This document shows positions 14,494 through 22,661 of a DNA stretch of 24,000 nucleotides, piece after piece. A program made the position numbers and the translations under genes. How positions within the stretch are numbered: position 1 is the first letter of the stretch; each line of letters opens with the position of its first letter. This DNA comes from Candidatus Geothermarchaeota archaeon (lineage in GTDB: Archaea; Thermoproteota; Nitrososphaeria; Geothermarchaeales; JDFR-13). The notes under the pieces were generated by a model that saw nothing but the letters and a program-made list of their open reading frames with translations, was not told the DNA's origin and ran no database searches. The stretch is from the NCBI GenBank assembly GCA_015523545.1, contig WAKB01000011.1:29732-53731 (forward strand), read 5' to 3'.

Positions 14494-15417
14494 ATGACAT
14501 TTATCAACAGTGAAGCGTCCCGAAGCGGTGAAACGATGTCGGAGGAGGCTGTCAACGTCCAGGAAGTGCTTAAAGAGCTTGAGGAGATCTATCAGAAGCT
14601 TGAGCCCATAGAATCCGAGTTTAGGAGGCTTAGAGACAGGCTTAAGCAGCTTCGATCAGAGAGGAGACGTATAATAGAGGAGCTTAACGCTAAGATCGAC
14701 GAAATAGTCAGCAATGTAAACAAGCAGAAGGAGTTGAGACAGGAATATCGGATGCTGAGGGAGGAGTTCAGGCTGGTTAGGGAGGAGAGGAGGAAGCTTA
14801 TTAACAGGCTGAGGGAGCTGAGAAGCATCCTTAGGAACCGGCCTAGACTGCCCAAGCCTCCTGAGAAGCTGCGGCAAGAGCTTGAGAGGCTTGAGGAGCT
14901 ATATGAGACTAGTAATCTCAGCATCCGTAGGGAGCGTAGGTTGGTTGAACAGATAAAGGAGTTGTCAGCCTATCTCAAGGCATACGAGGACTATGTAAAT
15001 GCGAAGACAGAGATCGATGAAGTTAGGAGGAAGATTGACGAGTATGACCTAGACAAGTATAGGGCCCAGCTTGATGAGCTGAGGCAGAAGCTGGACAAGC
15101 TCAAGGAGGAAGAGACTATATTGAAGGAGCAGGCTAGTAAGCTGCAGAAGTCCAAACAGGAGGTCGAGGCGGAGATCGCTGAGCTATCAAAGCAGCTGGA
15201 CAAGATCTCCAGTGAGATGAAGTATCTCCAGGAGAGGAAGAGAGAGCTGCTGGCCAGGTTCGGGATAAGGAAGTATCATGGTCTTAGTTATGAACAGGTT
15301 AAGAAGATTGTGCTGAGCAGATCCGAGCTACTTGAACGTGCTATGAAGAAGCTGGAGCGTGGTGAGCGCCTAAGCTTTGAGGAGTTCTCCGTCTTGGTTG
15401 AGAATGGACTGATATAG
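14494..15417 (+). CDS. Archaeal coiled-coil protein (COG1340-like), function unknown
   Basis: 307 aa, almost entirely E/K/R/L heptad-type sequence (LRDRLKQLRSERRRIIEELNAKIDE..., LDELRQKLDKLKEEETILKEQASKLQKSKQEVEAEIAELSKQLDK). Its size and composition match the conserved archaeal coiled-coil family as I recall it. Met 14536 is an alternative start. Confidence 0.75.
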   Translation: MTFINSEASRSGETMSEEAVNVQEVLKELEEIYQKLEPIESEFRRLRDRLKQLRSERRRIIEELNAKIDEIVSNVNKQKELRQEYRMLREEFRLVREERRKLINRLRELRSILRNRPRLPKPPEKLRQELERLEELYETSNLSIRRERRLVEQIKELSAYLKAYEDYVNAKTEIDEVRRKIDEYDLDKYRAQLDELRQKLDKLKEEETILKEQASKLQKSKQEVEAEIAELSKQLDKISSEMKYLQERKRELLARFGIRKYHGLSYEQVKKIVLSRSELLERAMKKLERGERLSFEEFSVLVENGLI

Positions 15418-15474
15418 CGTAGTAACTAGCCCATCATATACTACCTACCTCTATAGAAAAAATTTCTGAGGGAT

Positions 15475-16578
15475 ATGGGTGAGGAGAATAAGAAGATCCT
15501 CGTTCTAAATGTTGATAGAGACAATGATATAGGTGTCAAGGCTGGTGTAAAAACACCTATAGTAGGATATGAAGCTGTTCTCGACGCTGCCACTAAACTC
15601 CTCCTTGTAGATCCTGAGGAGGCGGATGGAAACGCTATGTTTGGTGCCTTGAAGGTGTATAATCAACTTAGGGAGAAGTATCCAGAGATAGAGGTGGCCG
15701 TGATAGCGGGGAGTGAGAAGGGCGGCGTGGAGGCTGATCTTAAGATTAATGAGGAGCTAGACACTGTCCTAGAAAGATTCCCAGCAGATTATGTAATACT
15801 AGTTACCGATGGGTTCTCGGAGGAGGAGATTGTAAGTATAGTCTCGTCAAGAAGGCCTATAGCGTCTCTCCACAGAGTGGTTGTTAAGCATAGCAAGTCG
15901 ATAGAAGAGACATACGCGGTGATCGGTAGGTATATAAAGATGCTCTGGACCGAGTCTCCATATAAGCAGTACTTCATAGGGATCCCTGGCATACTGATGC
16001 TGCTATTCGGGATACTATCATGGCTCAAACTGACGGAGGTTGCAATGGTATATAGCTTGATCATAGTCGGTATTGCCTTGATAGTTAAGGGGATGGGTAT
16101 TGACGAATATATAGCTTCTCTGAGGCATGCTCACTTCTATGAATATGTAAAACTGGTCACCTATCTAGGCTCGTTCTCCGCATTACTTTCTGGGATATAT
16201 CTGGCATATACCAATATCAGCAAGTTGGAGGAGTTCCAGCTGGTTCTGAATAACCCGAGTATGATCTTCGAGGTCGGTGGATCTTTGATAGGCCATATGC
16301 TGCCATACATCTCCTTCACCATACTTACGGTTGGGCTCTTCCTGATACTGGGCTTCTCACTCTATAATGTGCTCACTGAGAACTACTCCCCGCTATATAA
16401 ATATCCGGTGGCCTTCGTGTCGATCATAGTATTCTACTTCCTAGGCAACGAGGTGGGCCAGATCCTTATATCTCCGGAGAAGGGGTTGTCAGGCCTCTTC
16501 CTATCAGTAATGTTTGGATTCCTAGCAATATTCATTACAAGTGCTGTGATGTATGCTCTATCAAGGATGAGGCGGTAG
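15475..16578 (+). CDS. DUF373-family integral membrane protein (soluble N-terminal domain plus about 6 TM helices)
   Basis: The N-terminal ILVLNVDRDNDIGVKAGVKTPIVGYEAVLDAATKLLLVDPEEADGNAMFGALKVYNQL block matches my recollection of DUF373 (PF04123). The C-terminal half has multiple hydrophobic helices. GAGG lies 5 nt upstream of the ATG. Confidence 0.75.
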   Translation: MGEENKKILVLNVDRDNDIGVKAGVKTPIVGYEAVLDAATKLLLVDPEEADGNAMFGALKVYNQLREKYPEIEVAVIAGSEKGGVEADLKINEELDTVLERFPADYVILVTDGFSEEEIVSIVSSRRPIASLHRVVVKHSKSIEETYAVIGRYIKMLWTESPYKQYFIGIPGILMLLFGILSWLKLTEVAMVYSLIIVGIALIVKGMGIDEYIASLRHAHFYEYVKLVTYLGSFSALLSGIYLAYTNISKLEEFQLVLNNPSMIFEVGGSLIGHMLPYISFTILTVGLFLILGFSLYNVLTENYSPLYKYPVAFVSIIVFYFLGNEVGQILISPEKGLSGLFLSVMFGFLAIFITSAVMYALSRMRR

Positions 16579-16580
16579 AA

Positions 16581-17384
16581 TTGCCCAGCATCTATAGAGC
16601 CATGCGTCCACTGCTGGAGAAGATGGGTGTATACAAGATCTACGAGAAGATGCTTGAGAAGCATGTTAGACAGGGGGGTATGATGCCCAGGCATGTAGGT
16701 ATAATACTCGATGGAAACCGTAGGTGGGCAAGGCAATACGGCCTCACCTATGAGAAGGCGTATAGAATAGGTGCTAAGAAGGTAGAGGATGTAATTAGGT
16801 GGTGCCGTGAACTGGGTATTAAACACCTAACCATATTTGTTCTCTCCACCGAGAACTATGAAAATAGGAGTTACGAGGAGCTCTCCACAATAATGAATCT
16901 TTTAAGGGAGTATTTGGAGAAGCTTCTCAAACATCCTCCTGAAGAGGGTGTTAGGATAAAGTTCATAGGTGACATATCTAGGTTGGACAAGGATCTGATA
17001 AGCCTTATCAACAGTGTTGAAAATAGGTTCTCAAATAGTGATGGTTTGTCACTAAACGTGGCGCTGGTATATGGGGGTAAATGGGATATTGTTAATGCTG
17101 CTAGAAGACTAGCATATGAAGTTCGTGAGGGAAGGATCAGGCCTGAGGACATAACTCAGGAGGTTTTCCAGAACTATTTGTCGACGAGCTATCTGAAGGA
17201 CTCCCAGGATCTGGACCTTGTCCTACGTACTGGTGGTGAGATGAGGATAAGTAACTTTCTGCTTTGGCAAATGGCGTATAGTGAGCTTGTTTTCATAGAT
17301 GTATCCTGGCCTGAGTTCCGCAAGATCGACTTCCTGAGGGCTATACGTACTTATCAGACCCGGTCTAGACGGTTTGGGGCCTAG
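16581..17384 (+). CDS. uppS: Cis-prenyltransferase (undecaprenyl/dolichyl-type diphosphate synthase)
   Basis: HVGIILDGNRRWA, FVLSTENYENR and LVLRTGGEMRISNFLLWQMAYSELVF are present. The TTG start at 16581 is 2 nt after the DUF373 stop; ATG 16605 (MRPLLEK...) is an alternative. Confidence 0.92.
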   Translation: MPSIYRAMRPLLEKMGVYKIYEKMLEKHVRQGGMMPRHVGIILDGNRRWARQYGLTYEKAYRIGAKKVEDVIRWCRELGIKHLTIFVLSTENYENRSYEELSTIMNLLREYLEKLLKHPPEEGVRIKFIGDISRLDKDLISLINSVENRFSNSDGLSLNVALVYGGKWDIVNAARRLAYEVREGRIRPEDITQEVFQNYLSTSYLKDSQDLDLVLRTGGEMRISNFLLWQMAYSELVFIDVSWPEFRKIDFLRAIRTYQTRSRRFGA

Positions 17385-18385
17385 CCCACGACTCTCCATA
17401 CATCGTCCTTCTCAATATTTAGCGTATCTATCTCCTTACCATCGATAAGTAGGGCTGGACCCTTAGTCTCCAGTATCTCTCCGATTATTCTTCCACCTAG
17501 GTCCTCGGCCTTCTCCTCGTCTATATCCCTAGCCACAGCGATTAGTGATCCGGACGAGAGGAGCTTGTAGGGGTTTAGGCTAAACTGTTGGGCAATCTTG
17601 ATTATCGCTGGGTGTGTGGATAGGCTCTCGCTATATATGTTGACTGAATAACCTGTGGACAAGGATATTTCATATGAGCCGTTTAGAATACCTCCCTCGG
17701 TCGGGTCATGCATGTATACAATTGTTGAGCCTATGTATCTCCGTAAGCGTCTAACGATATCAACGACCGAGATCTTCTCAGGAGTTCTCGCTATATACTT
17801 CTCCTCATCACTTTCTAGGATCTTCTTCACCTCGGGCTTTTCGAGGTATATTATATATGCGCCCTCAAGACCCGGGTCTCCAAAGAGGATGAGCTTGTCA
17901 CCCGGCCTAGCGTCTCGAGGGTTCAATATGGTATCGCCGATGCCTATAGACGTGCCTATTGCCAGCGGGCTTTGGATACCTGGTGTCCACTCCGTATGTC
18001 CCCCTATCAGGGAGGATCCAACACGTTTTAGCGCCTTATCAACACCCACCATTATCCTGTTGAGATCCTCATTCGATGTTTCATGGGGTAGTATAAGGGT
18101 TAGTAGGAACCATCTGGGTTCGAGGCCAGTAACGAAGACGTCATTGGTTGTTACGTATACACACCACTCTCCAACCATGTTTGAGGTGGCTGTTATTGGG
18201 TCGATAGAGGCTGCTAAGAACCTTGTCCCCAGCTTCACTACTCCAGCGTCGATCCCTGGATGAGGGCCTAATACAAGGTTCCCGGTATCGTATCCGGTGT
18301 GTGGCTTGATATACCGCTCTATCTCATCGCTGGATATCTTTCCATACTTCATTACCGATACACTCCCTGAGAAGAGGTTATTCAA
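17381..18385 (-). CDS. AIR-synthase-related protein (PurM/HypE/SelD/ThiL superfamily); specific function unresolved
   Basis: GIDAGVV, ASIDPI, VTTNDVFVTGLEP and SLIGGHTE follow the N-domain pattern of the PurM-like fold, and a C-terminal domain is present. Length is 334 aa. Confidence 0.75.
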   Translation of the reverse strand: MNNLFSGSVSVMKYGKISSDEIERYIKPHTGYDTGNLVLGPHPGIDAGVVKLGTRFLAASIDPITATSNMVGEWCVYVTTNDVFVTGLEPRWFLLTLILPHETSNEDLNRIMVGVDKALKRVGSSLIGGHTEWTPGIQSPLAIGTSIGIGDTILNPRDARPGDKLILFGDPGLEGAYIIYLEKPEVKKILESDEEKYIARTPEKISVVDIVRRLRRYIGSTIVYMHDPTEGGILNGSYEISLSTGYSVNIYSESLSTHPAIIKIAQQFSLNPYKLLSSGSLIAVARDIDEEKAEDLGGRIIGEILETKGPALLIDGKEIDTLNIEKDDVWRVVG

Positions 18386-18444
18386 GATTCATATGGCTAT
18401 CCTAAGTATCAATAGGTTGACTGGTATATCAGTGGTGTAGGGCC

Positions 18445-19458
18445 ATGCTAACGGTCGTGGTCGACGGGTTCTTCGGCGATACTGGAAAAGGGAAGATAGT
18501 GTCGTACCTAGCTATCAAAGACTCTCCCACTATAGTTGCAAGGGGCGGTGTAGGGCCTAACGCTGGGCATACCGTGGTGTACCAAGGGAGAGAGTACAAG
18601 TTGAGGCAGATACCTAGTGGATTCGTGAATCCATCGACGAGATTAATGATAGGCGCTGGTGTTCTGGTGTATCCACCTCTACTCTTCGACGAGATTAAAC
18701 TAACTAAGTCTGAGGAAAGGGTCTTCCTGGATCATCAGACGGGGATTATTGAGGATAGGCATATCCAGATGGAGCGCGAATCTTCTCACCTAAAGGGTCT
18801 AGGCTCCACAGCCTCTGGGAGCGGAGCAGCCATGAGTGATAGGGTACTTAGGAAACTAAAGGTGGCTAGGGATATTGAGGAATTGAAGCCCCTTTTAACA
18901 GATGTTGCTGGAGAGGTTAACGAGGCCCTAGATAGGGGTGAAAACGTCGTTTTGGAGGGTACTCAGGGCACTTTCCTCTCCCTGTATCATGGTACATATC
19001 CCTATGTCACGTCTAAAGACGTTACAGCCTCCGCGATATGTTCGGATGTAGGTGTAGGTCCAAAGAAGGTGGACGACGTTGTCCTAGTAGTTAAGTCGTA
19101 TGTCACCAGGGTTGGGGAAGGCCCCCTGGAAGGCGAGATGAGTATGGAGGAGGCTAGAGAGAGGGGGTTCCTAGAAGTAGCTACAGTGACTGGTAGAATT
19201 AGGAGGGCCGCCCCATTCAACTTCAACTATCTGAAGAGGGCCATACTGCTCAACAGCCCTACCCAGATAGCACTGACTAAGCTGGATATACTATTCCCAC
19301 AGGATGCCAACAAGACAAGTTACGAAGAACTATCCCCCGATGCGAAGAGGTTCATCGAGGAGATAGAGAGTGTTGGTAAGATACCTGTAACTATAATATC
19401 CACAGGGCCAGATACCCATGCCACGATAGATCGTAGGAGCGAACTAGGCCTCGTCTAA
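18445..19458 (+). CDS. purA: Adenylosuccinate synthetase (short archaeal type)
   Basis: P-loop is DGFFGDTGKGKIV. GPNAGHTV, EGTQGTFLSLYHGTYPYVTS and YVTRVGEGP are also present. Length is 337 aa. Confidence 0.95.
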   Translation: MLTVVVDGFFGDTGKGKIVSYLAIKDSPTIVARGGVGPNAGHTVVYQGREYKLRQIPSGFVNPSTRLMIGAGVLVYPPLLFDEIKLTKSEERVFLDHQTGIIEDRHIQMERESSHLKGLGSTASGSGAAMSDRVLRKLKVARDIEELKPLLTDVAGEVNEALDRGENVVLEGTQGTFLSLYHGTYPYVTSKDVTASAICSDVGVGPKKVDDVVLVVKSYVTRVGEGPLEGEMSMEEARERGFLEVATVTGRIRRAAPFNFNYLKRAILLNSPTQIALTKLDILFPQDANKTSYEELSPDAKRFIEEIESVGKIPVTIISTGPDTHATIDRRSELGLV

Positions 19459-21266
19459 AGCCTCTTTACACCTGTCCTCCCAGGCGGCAGCCTATTGACC
19501 AGGTCGTTATACAGAGGCTCTCCATACTCTTTTGGTATTAATCCCTGTGATACATAATGTTCGATTATCTTCTTGGCGGCGTCGCCCCTTCCCAGCCTGC
19601 CTGGATATAGATGGAAATCGGGTTTTCTACCCATGTTTATAATGGCTTCTCTAGTCCCGATAAATATTCTAGGCTCTCCTTCAAGATCTATTAGAGTGGT
19701 GTATAGTGAGATGGTGTGATCCTTAACGTAGTTCTTCTCACCATATATCATGAAACTACCCTTCTTGAGATACTGTCCGCTAGGCGCCTCCTTACTCACC
19801 TGCTCCGGCTTTACATAGTAGACCGGGACGTAGGATAGTCCATGTTTCCAGGCGTTGCTATATGAAGCTGTAATGGTGGCTGCGTCGATCAGTTCCTCAT
19901 CATCCGCCTCCTCTCCTTCCTTTAGAATCGTGAAGGGACTACCATGTATCTCTGCATGGAAGACGAGGTCACCACTGGTCGTGTGTTTCTTCACCAATAC
20001 CTCATTTGTCGTTGCGTCTCTACCCGCTACGATGAGTCTCCCCTTCCTTGTATAGCTCCATATGAACTTTTCGAACCACTTCCTTCTTAGTCTAATCTTC
20101 TTCTCAAGTGTGGGCTCATCCATCTTTTTAGCCTTAGACTCAAGTTCTTCCAGCCTCTTCTCCAGGTTCCTAATACCCTCGTCTATTCTCTTGAGTGTGT
20201 CGTATGCCTGGGATATGCTAGCATATATGTTGAGGTCGTATCTCAGAGGTATCTCAACATCGTCGAGCCGGAGTGTCACGGTCTTCTCCTTCCTATCTAT
20301 CCTACTTACTATGAATGGGCCTATCTCCCCATTGCTATGTTCTCCACCACTTCTTATGGCTGTTAGGACTGTTTCGAGCTGGGGTATGTAGAGGTATATA
20401 TCGTCAAGAGCCTTCTTCATCACTTCTCTCTGCCTATATAGCTGGAGAATTCTGCTCCTTAGCTTTGTGATCTCATTATGGAGTATCTTCTCCTCATCCC
20501 TGCCTAATAGAATGTTGCTAAGTATTTTCTCTGATATCTGCTGTAGCGGTCCCTGGTCCTCCAGATTCCCCACGGTGTAACGAGTCGGTTGTATATATAG
20601 TTTTTCCTTGTAGCGGTAAATGTATATTGTTTCGTCCCCAAAAGAGTCTTCTATAACTGATTGGATCTCTCTAATCTTTTGGAGAATGTCCCTGGGGTTC
20701 CATCTATCCTCGGTGAACCATTCCTCTATCGTCATAGGATCGAGTGGGAGCATTCTGAAGAGTTCTTTCTTACTATACTCTCTATCCTCGGCTAGGAGTC
20801 GGTCCAAATCGATAGTGTGTAGAACGTATTTGAGTCCTCGTTTTACAGCCCTTTTCTTAGCCTCAAATTCTCTGTATGCTGCTAAAATGGTCTTGTCATT
20901 ATCGATGTAGATGAGGTTTCCCCCAGAGAATAATTCGATAATTATGGAGGTTCCGTCGGGGAACGATATTTCCACTACTCTTTCCCATCCTATCTGGCTG
21001 ATCTCGACTGATACGTTCCTATATCGAGAGTTTATGAGCCTGGTGAGATAGTCGTCGCCTAATTCATCGGTTTTGAAGTTGAAGGGTAGGTATAGCTTCT
21101 CGTTGAGATCTATATATATCTCTTTAGTTCCTGCGTCTGTGTGGAGCTTCATTATATAGCCACTCCCGTATGGGGAGAGCCTCTTAAATCTTATTTTCTC
21201 ATACCTTCCAGTGGTTAGGTATAGTATCTTCTTCAAGGCGCCAGTAGTGAGTATGTATTGGCCCAT
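19455..21266 (-). CDS. NFACT-family protein (RqcH/NEMF/FbpA-like ribosome quality control homologue)
   Basis: An NFACT-N-like N-terminus and a central coiled coil are followed by an NFACT-R/DUF814 block (WFEKFIWSYTRKGRLIVAGRDATTNEVLVKKHTTSGDLVFHAEIHGSPFTILK). The track start at 21437 overlaps the divergent membrane ORF, so I trimmed it to Met 21266 (MGQYILTTGALKK...). Confidence 0.85.
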   Translation of the reverse strand: MGQYILTTGALKKILYLTTGRYEKIRFKRLSPYGSGYIMKLHTDAGTKEIYIDLNEKLYLPFNFKTDELGDDYLTRLINSRYRNVSVEISQIGWERVVEISFPDGTSIIIELFSGGNLIYIDNDKTILAAYREFEAKKRAVKRGLKYVLHTIDLDRLLAEDREYSKKELFRMLPLDPMTIEEWFTEDRWNPRDILQKIREIQSVIEDSFGDETIYIYRYKEKLYIQPTRYTVGNLEDQGPLQQISEKILSNILLGRDEEKILHNEITKLRSRILQLYRQREVMKKALDDIYLYIPQLETVLTAIRSGGEHSNGEIGPFIVSRIDRKEKTVTLRLDDVEIPLRYDLNIYASISQAYDTLKRIDEGIRNLEKRLEELESKAKKMDEPTLEKKIRLRRKWFEKFIWSYTRKGRLIVAGRDATTNEVLVKKHTTSGDLVFHAEIHGSPFTILKEGEEADDEELIDAATITASYSNAWKHGLSYVPVYYVKPEQVSKEAPSGQYLKKGSFMIYGEKNYVKDHTISLYTTLIDLEGEPRIFIGTREAIINMGRKPDFHLYPGRLGRGDAAKKIIEHYVSQGLIPKEYGEPLYNDLVNRLPPGRTGVKRL

Positions 21267-21327
21267 TCTTCTTCCCCACCCCTTATTTACGTTGGGAGGC
21301 TTGGAAATATTTGATAGTGTGAGAGTT

Positions 21328-21603
21328 ATGGATGCACAGTTAAAGATATATCTCCTCAGAGCATTGTTGGCGGTTTTAGGTGGTCTTATATCCGGCTTGA
21401 TGAAATGGAGCCTCCCTACTCTGGGTTTGGCAATCATTGTAATGGGTATGGTCTATCTCTTCACGATTATGGTTGTTTATCGATACGCTGTCTCTAGAGG
21501 TATCCTAAGTTTGAAAACCATTTTCCTGGAGGGGATAGGTACCTTTATATTACTCTGGCTCTTTGTCTGGGCCGTTGTGTATAACATTCTTGTTATCTAC
21601 TGA
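21328..21603 (+). CDS. Small membrane protein (about 3 TM helices), function unknown
   Basis: MDAQLKIYLLRALLAVLGGLISGL..., LGLAIIVMGMVYLFTIMVV and GIGTFILLWLFVWAVVYNILVI are hydrophobic helices. I trimmed the start from 21211 to Met 21328 to avoid overlap with the NFACT gene. Confidence 0.5.
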   Translation: MDAQLKIYLLRALLAVLGGLISGLMKWSLPTLGLAIIVMGMVYLFTIMVVYRYAVSRGILSLKTIFLEGIGTFILLWLFVWAVVYNILVIY

Positions 21604-21954
21604 CTCGGATTTTCTAATTCTATAAATTAGGTAATCCTTCCATGCTAGGAATATTCCCTTGTCGTAGTCTGGGAGGAATCTGTTATCCCCCATCTTGGAG
21701 ACTATGCGTAGAAGCTTCTTATTAGTCTTGTCGTCGTCTCCGTAGTAAGAGTATCTCCTCCTTTTAGCGTTTACGATATTCATTACTCCGAAGATGTATC
21801 CCTTGAGAACCTTGTTCTTAGTCTTGATGGTAGTTAGAGTATTTAGAAGCTGCTTCTTCTCGTTGGGGTTGTCAAGGATCCTATAGAAGATCTTTTTTGC
21901 ATCCATCAGTGTCATCTTCTTATCCTGTTGCCCACCTTCATCCACGCCTTCCAC
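21550..21954 (-). CDS. Hypothetical K/N-rich protein immediately downstream of the RadB-like gene
   Basis: 134-aa ORF starting 11 nt after the upstream RadB-like stop, on the same strand. I recognise no motif. Its last 54 nt overlap the convergent membrane ORF. Confidence 0.5.
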   Translation of the reverse strand: MEGVDEGGQQDKKMTLMDAKKIFYRILDNPNEKKQLLNTLTTIKTKNKVLKGYIFGVMNIVNAKRRRYSYYGDDDKTNKKLLRIVSKMGDNRFLPDYDKGIFLAWKDYLIYRIRKSESVDNKNVIHNGPDKEPE

Positions 21955-21965
21955 CCGGCGTCCCT

Positions 21966-22604
21966 CTATATATTTATTATTGCAGACTTCCCTATAGACA
22001 TGTTGTATATCCTTATCCTGTTATCGCCCTCTCTCGAGAGGAATATGTGAATATCCATTGATGCCTGCACTACTCTAGGTAGCCTTGGTTTCAGGGTCCT
22101 TGTATTTCCGGGCTGCTGTGAGACTCCAGATGTGACTATTAAGAGACCCTGGTCTCTATAGATGATCTTATTGAGCAGGCTAAGCATGTCGTATATCTCG
22201 CTAATATTGTTGTATCCCGCGTGGTCTAGATCGTCTATAATGATGATACTGTTCTTGCCGGGTGGGAGTGCTAGGATTCTCTCCAGATAAGCGTTTATTG
22301 CCTCGACTCTGTCTATGTGGAGGAATCTTTCTTCTCCTGTGATCGTGGGTAAGGCTCCATGTTTACAAGAGATAACTATGGGGGCAGAGTCTCCAGGAGC
22401 ATTCTCTACCACTCTCAGTGAGATCCTGGTCTTCCATGTGCCAGCTTCTCCATAAAGCATGTATTTGGTGTATGGTTTGAAGCCTCCCTCGAGGACATCA
22501 TCTAGCTGTGGAATGCCTGTGCTTATGGGTATAATATTAGTGAGGTAGTTGTTCACCAGGGTCTTTATATCTAGGAGATATCCCCCTCTCTTTGAACCCT
22601 CCAT
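21966..22604 (-). CDS. RadB-like RecA-superfamily ATPase paralogue with a degenerate Walker A
   Basis: ISTGIPQLDDVLEGGFKPYTKYMLYGEAGTWKT aligns with the RadA/RadB N-terminal core (xSTGxxxLDxxLGGGxxxGxxxxxxGxxGxGKT). Walker B is SIIIIDDLD. Length is 212 aa. The P-loop reads GEAGTWKT, with Trp where the conserved Gly should be. Confidence 0.72.
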   Translation of the reverse strand: MEGSKRGGYLLDIKTLVNNYLTNIIPISTGIPQLDDVLEGGFKPYTKYMLYGEAGTWKTRISLRVVENAPGDSAPIVISCKHGALPTITGEERFLHIDRVEAINAYLERILALPPGKNSIIIIDDLDHAGYNNISEIYDMLSLLNKIIYRDQGLLIVTSGVSQQPGNTRTLKPRLPRVVQASMDIHIFLSREGDNRIRIYNMSIGKSAIINI

Positions 22605-22661
22605 CGCTACCAGTCAATCCAATATATTTTCGATCTTCTCCCTAAAGTGTTAAGTCTCTAA

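Noticed and set aside
14494-15417. The repetitive GAGGAG / AAGCTT / GAGCTG-rich DNA and the three antisense ORFs (14592-14924, 14656-14877, 14991-15203) could be a tandem-repeat or satellite element.
   Set aside because: The repetitiveness is explained by E/K/R/L heptad coding of a coiled-coil protein. No fixed-period DNA repeat unit is discernible.
17655-18263. The long (202-aa) plus-strand ORF antisense to the AIR-synthase-related gene could be a gene. Many similar shadow ORFs exist: 459-830, 992-1201, 2215-2526, 3938-4315, 4638-4895, 4922-5182, 6161-6364, 7950-8350, 11125-11349, 11608-12003, 12117-12570, 13475-13831, 13950-14132, 15789-16064, 16434-16826, 16871-17152, 19002-19226, 19855-20910 and 23102-23332.
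   Set aside because: Each lies fully inside, and antisense to, a CDS with strong family motifs. Their compositions are low-complexity S/L/R-rich or lack motifs, which is typical of shadow ORFs.
21211-21437. The N-terminal extensions of the NFACT ORF (to 21437) and of the membrane ORF (from 21211) could be real.
   Set aside because: The two extensions overlap each other on opposite strands and lack family-like sequence. Internal Met starts (21266 and 21328) leave a 61-bp divergent promoter with AT-rich boxes.
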